Part shown: piece after piece, positions 27,638 through 40,566 of the stretch
Layout: the number at the start of each line of letters is the position of its first letter
Numbering within the stretch: the first letter of the stretch is position 1
Assembly (NCBI GenBank): GCA_051294905.1
Contig: CM119372.1
Coordinates: forward strand, 22,816,001 to 22,880,000
Direction of reading: 5' to 3'
From: Botryllus schlosseri
Taxonomy: Eukaryota
Length of the DNA: 64,000 bases
The notes under the pieces: generated by a model
The model's database searches: none
What the model saw: the letters and a program-made list of their open reading frames with translations, nothing else
Told to the model about the DNA's origin: nothing
Translations under genes and position numbers: made by a program

Positions 27638-29167
27638 ATGTTGGCACTAGCAGTCAGTTCCATCATCGGTATAGCCATTGTCGGTGTCAGTGGAACGTCC
27701 GAGTGCAGTCTTCGAAAATATTCAGACGAGTCGTCAGTATGTGTTTGCAATTCCACGTATTGTGATACTTTCACGCCAACTCTTCCCAAGCAAGGCACTG
27801 TATTAACGATAACCAGTTCGAAAGATGGATTGAGGTTTCATAGCAGTGTGTGGGAGAAAGACGCTCTGGTCAAACCAGCGAAACTACGTAATTATGTTCA
27901 AACACGTTCCTACCAAACACTGAAGGGATTCGGAGGTGCCCTTACAGATGCAGCTTCCTTGAATATGATGAATTTATCGAGCAAAGCAAGAGAAAATTTC
28001 ATCAAGTCATATTTTGGTAGTACTGGAATTGAGTATAACATCATCCGCATCCCTATGGGTTCTTGTGATTACTCCACACACTCGTACACTTATCTGGACA
28101 AGCCAAACGACTTCAATTTGTCTTCATTTTCTCTTGCTCCAGAGGATATCAAACTCCGAATACCAATCTTGAAGGAAATTTACGCCTCAACCTCGAAGAA
28201 CTTGTCACTTTATGCCAGCCCGTGGACTGCTCCTGTGTGGATGAAAACCAACGACAAAGTCACCGGCTGGGGCCGTCTGCATGGCAGCGCCGGGGACAAA
28301 TACCATAAGACGTGGGCCGAGTACTTTGTGAAGTTCTTCGACCAATACAAAGCTCATGGTATCAATTTTTGGGGTGTCACTATGCAAAACGAACCGTCTA
28401 ATGGTCTTATCATACCTGCAAAATGGCAATCTATGGGGTGGTTGCCTTCAGAGCAACGGGATTTCATAAAAACGGATCTCGGACCTGCGTTGCGACAGGG
28501 TGGTTATGAAAACTTGAAACTGATGATACACGATGATCAGCGTCTTTTTCTACCACATTGGCCTAAGATAGTACTTTCAGACAACGAAACAGCGCAATAT
28601 GTCTCTGGCATAGGTGTCCACTGGTACTGGGACTGGCTGATCGGGCCCAAGGTCTTGAATGAGACCCACGAATTATTCCCAAATAAATTCATTCTAGCTA
28701 CAGAGGCTTGTAATAAAGATGCTCCAACGAAATCTTTTGGGTCTTGGGAGATGGGTGAGAAGTACTCGAACGATATTTTGGATAATTTGAACAACTGGGC
28801 AATCGGTTGGGTGGACTGGAATATGTGTCTTAATTTTCAAGGTGGGCCGAACTGGGTAAACAATTTTGACAACAGTCCAATCATTGTCAACGGCACGTCG
28901 GATGAATTTTATAAACAGCCGATGTATTATCATCTTGGTCATTTCAGTAAATTTCACGTCGAAGGCTCTTTACGTGTGTCCTCTGTTTCTGACAGCAAAG
29001 CAAAATTAACAGCTATGCAACGTCCTGACGGTTACATCGTTGTTGTTGTGCTGAATGAGCAAAATGAGGAATTATCGTTCCAAATTGACATTGGCAGCAG
29101 TCCACCTGTTACGTTGGGTAGCATCATTTCAAAGCGGTCAATTAAGACTTTTGTCTGGAAGCCATAG
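27638..29167 (+). CDS. GBA1: Lysosomal acid glucosylceramidase (GH30_1), copy 2, intronless CDS, 509 aa
   Basis: Same motifs as copy 1, both catalytic Glu intact (QNEP, ATEAC). ATG 27638 begins a hydrophobic signal peptide MLALAVSSIIGIAIVGVSG. The ORF-track start at 27602 is a GTG with an in-frame stop just upstream. A 56-nt GT-AG intron lies in the 5' UTR at 27503-27558. Confidence 0.97.
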   Translation: MLALAVSSIIGIAIVGVSGTSECSLRKYSDESSVCVCNSTYCDTFTPTLPKQGTVLTITSSKDGLRFHSSVWEKDALVKPAKLRNYVQTRSYQTLKGFGGALTDAASLNMMNLSSKARENFIKSYFGSTGIEYNIIRIPMGSCDYSTHSYTYLDKPNDFNLSSFSLAPEDIKLRIPILKEIYASTSKNLSLYASPWTAPVWMKTNDKVTGWGRLHGSAGDKYHKTWAEYFVKFFDQYKAHGINFWGVTMQNEPSNGLIIPAKWQSMGWLPSEQRDFIKTDLGPALRQGGYENLKLMIHDDQRLFLPHWPKIVLSDNETAQYVSGIGVHWYWDWLIGPKVLNETHELFPNKFILATEACNKDAPTKSFGSWEMGEKYSNDILDNLNNWAIGWVDWNMCLNFQGGPNWVNNFDNSPIIVNGTSDEFYKQPMYYHLGHFSKFHVEGSLRVSSVSDSKAKLTAMQRPDGYIVVVVLNEQNEELSFQIDIGSSPPVTLGSIISKRSIKTFVWKP

Positions 29168-30016
29168 ATTTTCTTTAAACGGACTCAAGTATGCTGATTC
29201 CATGCCCTATTGCGTATTTTTTGCATTTCTGTAGTAGGCCTATCTGTCGAACTTTATTTAGTAGATCGTCAATCACAGATTCCATCAAATGATTGCTGTG
29301 TGTTCGTTTATTTACTATTTCTCATCACATTCCATGTAATTTATTTGTGCTGTTTAAATTTCAATTTGGAGCATCACCTATGACACTCAGTTACTTGTGA
29401 TTTGATTAGCAATCACATTTTTGTTAATGACTGTTGTGTATGATGTGATTCAGGAAAGAATCAATTAGTCATATCCTGTAGCTATCTGTGATAACCGAAG
29501 TGTTCTATTTGCCGATCTGAATTTCGATAACTTTTCCTGGGACTTGATGCAAGCCTACTAATTCGACCATTTCATTTGCAAGCAATCTGCTTGTATCCTA
29601 CCTATCTTGTTGTTTAATGTATGCTTTCTTGCAGTAGGAGAATAATAATATGAATATCCACTAATCCAGTACCATGTTGAAACGACGAGGAGAAATACAG
29701 AAGCAATATTGCGATGTTGTCAAGTGATCTATACAAACTTTGTCGTGTATGAATAAGCAGGGTATAAACGACTTCAAAATAGCAAGTATGTATGGGACCA
29801 AAGGGGTGAAATATGCTCTTTACATATCATGATCTTGTCATGTTTCTTATATTACCACAATTAATCAGTGGTACAACTTGATTTTTGCAGCTATCATTCC
29901 TTATTGTAATTCTCATTCCATTTACTCCTATGCATGGAACGCCCTGCTGCTTCGATTTTTCTTGGTAATGGATATCGATCCCATCAAGTAAACTAGACGT
30001 AATTCACTTTTTGCAG

Positions 30017-33000
30017 CATGACGCAGTACTAGAGCAAGAGAAAATCAACCAAATTGTCGAACACAAGGAAGCCAGGCTGCGTAAATTTCAAGCAGATGTG
30101 CGGAAGCGGGTTACAAAGATATCTCGCGCTCAACGGGAAATTATCTCGCAGAAGCAGTCAGAAAACGTTAGTTTAATCTCTCTTTCATCACCATTTCCAA
30201 CCTCTGTCTACCCTCCTAGTTCATGGTCATTTTTTTCTCAGATGAAAGTTGAACAAGAGGTACTCTACCGGAGCGTGGCTGCCGCTGAGCATCTGACTCC
30301 GCGTAAAAACCGATGTTCGTATAACGTCAATCAAGTTACGATCGACGCTTCAGGGAAATTGACAGCCAACTTTAACCATGACGACAATGTAGGTGTTTTT
30401 AATTCTCGACTTGCAGCGGCGGGTCGGCAATTAAATACTGCCATGATGAGAGTCCCAAATGGAGCTATTTGCAATTGTAGAACTTTAATGGTATGTTTGT
30501 GACTGTGCTCGATCGTGCCAATTGAAGATCAAGGCTGAAGACAAGGACGTGGCCTGCAAAATCGTTACCATCTATATTTCTTTGTTTTGTTGTTATGAAG
30601 ATGACATTACAATGCTTGAAATTGGTAATTTGGTGGGCTGAGGGCGCCTTCCTCTCCCCTGACTCTGTGACTGTGTAATTTAATGCTGGGGAAAGGTGGA
30701 TTGAAGTTGTTGTGTCGCATGTCTTAAATTGAATTTTGTTATGTGATGTAATATGTATGGAATGGCTATCTTTTGCAGGGTCGTTCCGAACTGGTGAAGC
30801 AGTCATCACAGGTTGAACGTCAACATCGTACAGCGCGGCAAAATCTCGCCGAACGTTGCATTGTCAAATCGTGTCATGCTAATTCCGACGAAGAAGGTTC
30901 TCGTACACAGAATAACTTGCCAGGAGGCTTGTGGGGGTCTGGCGTCACACGCGATGTGAGTCTGCTGAACTTCTGTAATCTAATTTATATTGGGATGCTG
31001 TCTAGGCCTGTGGGAGGAAATTGTCATTTTCAGAGGTGGTAGAAGTGGTCAGGATTATTACTCTAGTAGGGTACTCGAAATGAAGGGTATGAAAACTAAT
31101 CCAAGTAAGCAGTATCAAAGGGTAGATTGGCTCGAGGCGACGCAGGCTTCTAGTAGTCAATGGAAAGCTAGCTAATTTCGATAGGGAAAGTTGCACCTTA
31201 GCAACTGACGTAAAATATCCAGTGACACTATGAATAGGTGACCATCGTGGGCACGACAAGCCATTTCGAGTTTCGTAACCTGAAGAATATTTCAGCTGTA
31301 CTGAATATGCCATCAAGTGCTTCACAGTGTTGAGTGCTGTGTGTTCTTTTTGGCGCAGAAGTCCGCGCACGTGCTGCTACCGTCCAAATTAGAAAATTGT
31401 GACGAGGAGGAAGTCAATGGCACTGAACCGCAGACGATAACGGCCGTGACGGCTCCGTGCGATATTGCGATCGCCGCCGTCCAAGAAAGCATAACTGGTA
31501 ATTCCAAATTGCAGACATCTAGCCGAAATCAAATCAAAACGACGCGTTTATTTCAGCGTCACGCAAAAACGTCAGCTCTCTCACCTTGGATCTGCCGACG
31601 GTGCTGAACTTGAATGAGGACGAAGAACGGCCAGGCTATGATCGAGAAAACGTGGATCCTGATAAGTACGTGACGACAGCACCGAATCCCACTCCTACCG
31701 CAGCTTATTTCAAGTCGGCTTGTGGAGACGGTTGGGAAAGGTACATTGCTTACATCACGGGTAACCAGTTTTGCTCTGCGTACTCTGATCTGTGGAAACG
31801 TGATGTTGATTTCTGATCAAATGCAATGAAGTTGACCCAAAACAAAATGGTTTCTCAATGAATCGCCACCTCTTACCCATGATCTAAGGTTTTTCCGGTA
31901 TTCGAGTTTGTTGCGTCACAATACAATAATTCAGTATCCTGTAAGGAAAACAACAGCTCCACAGACAAAAGTATCTCTTACCCAATCTGGGGCATAGAAG
32001 TATCGTTTTTCAGCATTGAGAGAACGACTTTTGCTGGTTTCAAGTCTGATATTTCAATTAAAATGATATGCAACACCGATCATAGCATGAAAAACAATTG
32101 GTAAAGGTATTGTAACAGTATGCATGATTAATGAGCTCCAATTACATTCTCATTGTCATTCCATTCAAAGTGAACGTAACTATTTTTTTCCTTTTTGAAT
32201 CCCATTTGACGTTGTTTTATTTTCAATTTGAGGAAGGTCCGTCAAAGGAAAAGAGAACCTCAATCATAGCAATACTTCTGTTTGCAGGCAGGATTTGTCT
32301 TCTGACGAAGGTTACCCATCCACCACGGTGCCGATTTCTCGCCTAGACAATCAATTTTCTTACACAAGCGCGAACCCTGTCAAGTCACATCGTTGCCCCA
32401 CTGAAGATTCCAAGAAAAGCAAGTCAAATTTATATTATTGTCAATGAAAGACAGAGGGGCTCCCACTTTGGCCTTTAGCATGCAATAAAATCTACCAATA
32501 ATGACAGAATGGCAGAAAGAAATCCGAGAAAACACACTATCGTAATTTGAATCCAACATACTTGGTCGAAGGAGTCGAGCGTTGCTACTCAAGTAGAAGT
32601 GGAACCAACGCTGGAAATTTTCACTCTCATGTTGGCATAGCAATTTCTAAGACATGTGGAAACTGCTTGTAGTAGAAGTGAATAATGAAGATCTGAAAAT
32701 TTGTCTCAAAAGGTAGGTTTGGTCGTTGGGTCACATACTTTTCGGAGTAAAATGTTAGGTGGCCACTTGAGAAATCGCAGGGTGCATCTGCGGGCCTGAC
32801 GAAAAATGATCACTAACACTGGCCACTGGGTACTAAACCAAAAAGATGCAGTTTACGATAATATATTCATTTACGGCGGCTATTTTTCCCAATAGTCACA
32901 ATTTCACTAGTGAAAGCGATACAACCACATCCCAATACACTTTCTACTTTAAGAAATTCAAACTGTAAAAAGTAGTTTTGCCTAAATTACTGTAGAAGTG

Positions 33001-36000
33001 GAAGTAGTCTAAAAACATAACAACTTGAGTTAGTTGTACAGGTAAGCAAAACTTACTTGAGTAGCCCGCTTGTTCAAAGTAATTTGTTACTGTGTACCTC
33101 TCCATCAATACTGTAATCCTGACAAAATTTGTTCAAAACTAAAAATATCACCAATCTGTCAAAAATTAGCAATCAACATGTGTAAACTTGTGGGAATGTA
33201 ATCGGCGTCTGCCTAATTGTCCATCACAAAGCATTTCGGGCGTAAATAACAACGAAAAAAACTACTTGCAGGTGCGTTTCCAGTCGCGGCTCCCGGCGTC
33301 GTGGCGCATCAGAAACGAAAAATGGACGAACGCAGCCGGCTACTGTCGCGACGTGTGTTCTCCGACATGGAACGCGAGAGAGTGCGAGAAGAAAGGCGAC
33401 GGAGAGAGCACAGAAATAAAGTTGAAAAGTACGAGGGCTTCTCCTGGTAGTTGACGGATACGTAAATCACATTTTCGATCACAATTTTCCTTCCTCAGTT
33501 TTATGTAATATTCAGGGCAAGTTTTTGTTGCAGTCAAATCCGTGGAAAGTTGCATTTATTTTTCACAAAAGTTGCATTTATTTTTCACAAAGTTGCAGAA
33601 AAAGTTGCATTTACGGACAAGTTCCTTGAAATTGTTAGGGTATTAGATACTCGAATCAATCCGTATCCAAGGCACTGTAGCAAAACTCAGTGTTGGGGAC
33701 TTCAACAAAATCAATAGTCTAAAAAAATTGATCCAGTGAAAACATAATTTCCGGCGGTCTAGCTTGAATGTGTACGTTATATCAGAAAGGACCTCAAATT
33801 TAAACGACAGTTAAATAATCAAGCGATCAATTTATAGTGCCAAATATTTTCAGTAAAAATTTAGTTGCATGAAAAATTGAAATAGCTTGCAAAGATTTCC
33901 ATGAAAAATTTTAAAAAGTTGCATAACGTTACATGAAAAATCGAAAAAGTTACAAATATTTGCATGAAAAGTTGCAATATAAGAATCCTCCAAACAATTT
34001 AAAACACCATACTACATAACTTCTGAGTATTTATGAAGCTGCCGGAAGCAAAAACTTGCCCTATTGTGTGTTCCAAGTGAAACGTGGGTTGGTGTTGAGA
34101 AGACTCGAGTCACGTTTATTTAAAGGCCTGACTCGACTCGAATCACTGCCCTAAATTTACTTGACTCGATGTATGGGAAATGTGTAATGACTCACGCGGA
34201 CACAAATTTCGAGTCAATCAAATGTTCTACCTCACAAAACAATTCTGTGTACGCAACAGTGAAAGTAGTTTAATTTTGTTGAAAAAACCCAATTTGGTGC
34301 ATTGAAAGAGAAGAAATTCTCTGTTACTGACCGCCAATAGTACCGGTGTGCCTTTCAAGAGATGCCTTCGATGTCAGATTACGTGCGGAGAAAGAGGCCG
34401 AAAGACTAGAGCACGAGAAGGAACACGACGCGCGCGTGCACGCTGCAGAATTGGAGCAACGACAATCAGAAATCGCAGAAAGGATGAAAGCCGAAAAGCG
34501 GCAGCGCAAGAAGCAGGAGAGAATCGATCAACGGAAGAAAAATGAAAGGTTTGCTGATAACGTTGTGTATTTGCCATTGCTGCGCTTGCCAGCATAAGAT
34601 GCGGTAGTTTAGAGAATGGATCTGGAGTCGGTGCGGATTTTGTGACAGTGTGCAAGTTGTTGTCATTATGTGTCGACTACTATCTAGTCATTTACACCAG
34701 GCCGATATTACCTTCTACGATTCCTGATGTGCTGACTTGTAGCACGGCCCAATTTCGTTGTCAGCAGGATAGGACCAGTAGAATTGTCAAATTTGCGCAT
34801 CTCACCGCTCAGTATATATTGTATATCAGTGATCGCGATCAAGAGGGTAAGAAATTGTGTACACGCGTAAGAATCCATTGCCCATCTTTGGCGATAAACC
34901 GATAATCATAACGGTGGCTCACAATATTCGCAATACGTTGATTGTGGGTTGATAATGGATATACGTCTGTTACGTTACCAGACGCATTATTCGTTATGAC
35001 GGGATATCATATTTGTTTTATTCACATGCTATTCTACTCGAAGCGAGCAACAATCGTGATATTTTCTCCATTCATTGCTCAAAATTTGAATCATCGTCAG
35101 TCAAACATTTACTTCATGCTAGCTTGGGCCGTTGTTAGAACAGAAGGTTGCCGACAACACGTCCATGATAAAGTTGTGCAATAGATCAAAAAATAGTTAC
35201 GGGAGTGCGCTTGAAATATATTGATAAGCCAAGTGTAGGCAGTAGCTGAAGAAATCAATACCGCATAAACGAATTAGGCGCTCACTTTCGAAATGATTAC
35301 CTGGTTTTTATTGAACAGCCTATCAATATCCCGCCAACCTTCCCGCGCATCGTAGCGATCGGCAACCCCGTCAATTCGCAGTGCTTGCATCGTTATCTAA
35401 TTTTTTTTGATTGCTTGTTTCATCTTATGCCGTCTGTGCTTTGTTGTCGCAGATTCGTGTCCGCGCTGAAAGCCCGAATCCAGGAGCGTTTGGAATTCAA
35501 CAAGATCGTACTGCCGCCTCTTTGTGGCTGCTCGCAATCATTCTGGCAAACGAATCCGTATACTTGCGCTAACAATTGCGTGTTCTATAAAAATATGAGT
35601 GGTGAGCTGATTATGTGGTCGATTACAGTAGCGATTCGACAGTTGTCGTTAAAATGGCGGGCGACTCTGTTATCGAGATATATCATAGTTTTGTTCACCA
35701 TTCGCTTAGGGGTAATCATCAGTGAATGAGTGAGAATCTTTTGAGGGCCGGCTCTCGGTTAAATTACTACTGCTGATGAGATGCAGCAAACCTTAACTGA
35801 CCAAGTGACCAATCACCTAATTGTGAGGTAAGATTTGTACGAATACGATGTTGAAATGTTATCGAACGATCTTATGGACTGATTTTTTTTTCGTAACCGC
35901 AAATCCGTAACAATTTTGCTATACAACGGAGACAGGGAAACGTGTCGAAACGAAGTATGTCAATCAGACATTCGTATCATTCAGTCACCCTCTAATTTAT

Positions 36001-37593
36001 TATCTCTTTGTCAATTCGAAACACCGCGATATTTTGATACAATGAAATTTAGGCAGGAGTCAAAACTTGAAATAGTCTTCTATTATTATTCGCACATCCG
36101 CCTAGGCTCGCCAATAATAACAATCATAATATCCGCGAGACAAGTAGGCACTTTGTACGCATTATATAAATGTACAATTGCAGCGTCAGTATGTATAGCA
36201 TTTCGGTATTGACAGATACACCCGATAATGATTTCGTTAATCGTGGAGTCACGCCGATACCATGTAGTACCAGGACCGTAACTGCCGCACCCCAAACCCC
36301 CAATTGGGGGGGGGCTGAGCTCGAAGGGGGCCCAAAATTATTTCGCGAATTAGCATAAATTATAGAGTATTTTTTCAAAATTTATGCAACTTTTTCAAAA
36401 AATTTTCGCGCTGCGCGCCATTTCAAGTTCCCAAATATCTTCATTTTGGGGTACTCTTCCCCCAAGAAAAAATACGCAAGATTTATAGAAATGGGCATAT
36501 CGGCGTTGACCATTACCGCGCCACGATGCACCAACACGTATAAAGTTTTAGGCCATGTAACATGCGACTCGGAAGAAGTGTGCCAGAACGATCGGCAGCT
36601 AGAAAACCTGGGCCGAAAAGGACTGCCCATATGCTGACCGAAAACTTCGTTATATATCCAAAATACATCTTGGTTTTAGTTGACCATATGCGCCTAAATT
36701 ACTGGCGCCGAATGTTCCTGTGCTGGCAATCTGAACCTCACAAGACAAATACCATCCCGCAGTGAAAAATTAGATGCCAGTGAAGAAATACCAATTTGAA
36801 ATCGTGTGCGTCTTTTAGTTTAGTAGCCTACGTTTGGGCGATTCTATTTTGATACAGCAGACAGGAGGTAATTCTGATTGCGTGAGCAGAGAGGACAGGA
36901 GATTGATAGCAATATATATGCAATTCTTGATCTTATTGACCGATTTTATCATGAATGATCGAAAATTATCGCGTTTCGCGCTGGCTCGGTAAATAGTACG
37001 ACAAATTTCGTGGCAAAAGCGAACAATAATGTGATTGGGGGGAGGTTCATCACCCTATGGAAGTGCAAGACCCAAGTTTATTTCGTTCCTGCCAACGGGT
37101 ATACGCCCGAAGATGTCTATTAATTATTGAGGGGTCCTACCTTTTCAAACACACCTAACTCAGCTCTACCTGTAAATCTGATTACGTGAGCAGAGAGAGG
37201 ATAAAAATTGATGGCAATATATATGCAATTCCCGATCATATTGACCGATTCAGTCATGAATTATAGTACGACTTTCGACTAACATCCTAATTCGGATATG
37301 TTGCAAGTTGCAACATTCATATTACTTCAGTAAATAGTGCAAGTAGACAAACTCAATTCAGTACCCCTAGAAAGTAGAATAACTTCGCCACTCTGTCCAA
37401 CTCCAGTTACTGAGAATATAATGTACCAGTCGAGTTATCACCGTTGCTGTAACTCGCGTATCTTTCAGCGTACACCGCCGCTCTCCAATCGGTGTTGAAC
37501 ACGATGGAACGGGGAATGACTTCATCTTCATGTCGTCACGACAAATCTCAAGACCTGAGCGTTATTTCGCTGCTGGCCTCAAAGGAAATGTAA
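30017..37593 (+). CDS. CCDC15: Coiled-coil domain-containing protein 15-like (5' end unresolved)
   Basis: Exons traced: 30017-30166, 30242-30388, 30779-30955, 31359-31497, 31557-31740, a short exon near 32288 (uncertain), 33272-33428, 34378-34548, 35453-35601, 37469-37593 (TAA). Diagnostic RRVFSDMERERVRE and RFVSALKARIQE...LPPLCGCSQSFWQTNPYTCANNCVFYKN..AYTAALQS match the CCDC15 C-terminus. Confidence 0.85.
33513..34063. mobile_element. AAAGTTGCA-rich element, paralog of 10342-11131
   Basis: Ends CAGGGCAAGTTTTT / AAAAACTTGCCCTA; shared internal sequence. No clear TSD. Confidence 0.6.
36271..37260. mobile_element. Truncated CAGGGCCGTAAC-family element in the last CCDC15 intron
   Basis: Left end CAGGACCGTAACTGCCGCACCCC and long colinear similarity to 16187-16284 plus 17409-18400. 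Right TIR absent. Confidence 0.75.
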
Positions 37594-38309
37594 CTCGGCG
37601 CAGGACCCGATGTCGTGTGCGCTTGCGCGTGTGGTTTCCCGCCAACAGAGCGCTGGCGCGTGACCCGTGAACTTTTACCTCGCTGTCTTCGAGGTACAAT
37701 TCGGCGTTGCGGTGATTGGATTCTTCGACGGGCTGGTTGCGGAATATGGTCTCGAAATCGCGATTGATTGCCTTACTACCTCTAGCTTCACCTGCTGGGA
37801 AGACCGACGAAGGCATAAATACTTAAAAGAATGTCGAGGCGATTATGAAATTTTTCGTGTCTGTATGCGGAATTCGTTTTTGTGTGTTTCCGAGAATTTC
37901 TACGACCAATTTCTCTTTACTATATGATTTTTACTCTTATATACGCTCCTACGTGGGTTTAGATGGATGATTGCTACACCTAGGACTATTTGTCTACCGA
38001 TCTCGATGTGTTTGCTGTAGTGTGGAATCGCGTAATATTAATGTGTATACGAGACTTTCTTTTTAATAAAAAACGATGAGCGCAGACTCGGATTGGTGTC
38101 GATTTCGTCATGAGTGTTGTAGGCGATGAGTTTATCGCGACGGATATGTATCAAAGTCGAAGAGCTAAGCCCAAGGAATTTTTATGCTTCTTGGTCTTGA
38201 AGAAGGTCCATGCTGCTATTGAAAGGATGCGTCGTTAATGACAAAATAAGTATACCTGTAATTGACGCCGGCAGCGATACGGCCTGAAGACTCAATTTTG
38301 CGTTGTTTA

Positions 38310-38835
38310 TAGGGCTGGGCAAAATCGAGTACCTGAGTGATTCGATTCTGAATCACGTAAAATGCTTCGAGTCGAGTCGAGTAATCGAGTATCACTCAGT
38401 GTGACGTCATAGCAGAATATTATTTGTCAAAGCTCAAATATGTACCTTTTAAGCGACCATAGAGAATGCAATGCCAGTTACCCATCATATTAAGGATACT
38501 TTGCTATTTTTCGACCATACCGATTTCATTGCACTTGGTGACAATATTGCGGGATGATCATGACTTCGGAAATGTGCTATTTCCAGTAACGTTCGTAGCT
38601 TTGTACTTCATGTTTCGTATGCTACGATACGGCCAATCAAGGTTCCAAGGCTTCAACAGTGAAATTAGCATAAACTCGTTGATGGTTGATAAACTCCTCG
38701 TTGATAAATCAACTTTCAGTGGTGAGGAGCGTATAATTTCAGTACTCGAAAAATCGTCTTTTACTACTCGACTCGAATCATTAAAATTAATACTCGATTC
38801 AGATTCGAGTACTCGAATCATTGTGCCCAGCCCTA
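38310..38835. mobile_element. MITE with TCGAGTA subterminal motifs
   Basis: TIR TAGGGCTGGGCA / TGCCCAGCCCTA. Perfect 8-bp TSD GTTGTTTA. Confidence 0.9.
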
Positions 38836-40566
38836 GTTGTTTATCCATCAAGTCTTTCCGGCACAACTATTGCTCGATTTTAGCAAGCTGATGCTGAAGT
38901 TATATGCCTGCATTTGCTAAATTATTTATAAAACGGCTATAGCCCGACGCTCCAGGATAAAAATATTGGTGTTTTGCTAGCCGCTAGGAAGTGATGAGTT
39001 TTTTTTTTAAATTCTATTAGCGCAAACCAAGAAATGTGTCTGACTGTCTGTCCGTTTACCTTCTTACCTACGCATTACGTTATTGACGTGCATAGCTGGT
39101 ATCATGTCCCGTCCGCTGTGGTCTCACGTAAAATTCGTGATAGAGTTGTGGAGTTAATAGCGGTCATTTCGAAGACGGGTGGGAATGTGGTGGTCGTAAA
39201 ACCTCAAAATCAGTTATAGTAGGATACGAACGAGTACGATTGTTATCTTCGGTATTAGTAGATTCATTGAGTTATTCTATGCTTATCTCCGGCTCGAAAT
39301 CTTATTCAACAGAGAGAGATAGAGAGAATCAACATGTAACATGCAGTGACAGAGACCGAACATATAGTAAGGTATTTAAATGACATCCCGATTTTTCGCT
39401 GATGAATTTATGCCGTGGCTGAAAATTCATATCTGGGTTTTTACCCCTGGGTTTGAAGCTGCGCGATTGGTGGACTGATTGACTCTTTATCGCCATTGTG
39501 ATTAATACTGACAATTTTGAGTGCATGTTTGCTTGCATGGTGATTGATTGATTTCGAGCAACTCATTTAGGCAGTCATGTAGTACACCGTAACTTGATTT
39601 TCTCATATTGTTAGCATTGTTGAGCATACAACGTGCGCTCACAAATATTGAAACGGCTCGTAAAGTCAACACGGATGCGCTCGGTTTGAAAACCGGGGCG
39701 ATATTAAAAAGGTTTTCATAACGTAATCGTCAATCTTGTATGAATACGGTCTGAAGGGCCGTTGAGATTTAAGTTCTACCGGTGTCGCGCGGAGTAGTCA
39801 GCGAGGTTCGAAAGCGACGCGCCGATTTGATGTAAATCGCTGACAATAGCTGCTCGTTGATGCGTGATAAATTATCCCATTCAGACCTAATACGATCAAA
39901 TTTTGGAAAGGATTGGCTGGTCGTAAGTGGGAGTAATAACAGCATTCTGTATCATTGATCCGCACTCGCAATCGTAGTATACAAGCCGAGACGGGATGCC
40001 TTGTGAGTGTGCCCAGTGAGCAGACTGTAGATTGAGCTCGCCTTCGTGTGGTGACTGGTGGTAGGGATATTCAGTGCAAACAGACTGTGGGTGTGGAGTT
40101 TACTACTGCGCTAGGAAAGCGATTTTGCGAAAGGTCAACGTAAAGAAATCATTCAATCATTTTATATTTAAACTGGAATTCGATAGCATTTATAGAATGC
40201 TGTATATATCTTGAGGCGGTGAAACACCTATATATCGTGGTAGATATGGGCTAAATTAAATTAAGTACGGTACGCAATTGAGTCATTCGGTAGGTTTGCA
40301 TCTGATGGCTTTAGCGAAGGCTATACGAGACATCGCAGTTGCGTAGAGCGCGAGTATAATGTATAAGTATATTTCGCAGTAATTTGTCGAGTTAATGTTC
40401 AACTAAAAGAGTCATATCATAGCTATACTATTATCTATTCTAGTATGTACGTTGGTGGCCGTAGACCGACGATTCTGACCCGCATGATCTACAATAAAAC
40501 CAATCAATACTTATCATACTTTTAAGGCTTCACTTTTAGCATACACTGTTTTTAGTTACTGTAAAA

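Noticed and set aside
29640-29966. First coding exons of CCDC15
   Set aside because: Several acceptor/donor combinations are possible and none gave a convincing CCDC15-like N-terminus.
37667-37927. Plus-strand 86-aa ORF with a CX9C motif as a twin-CX9C mitochondrial protein
   Set aside because: Only one CX9C (the other pair is CX7C), a GTG start, and it lies in the CCDC15 3' UTR.
38466-38891. 141-aa ORF
   Set aside because: Lies almost wholly inside the 38310-38835 MITE; no protein motif.
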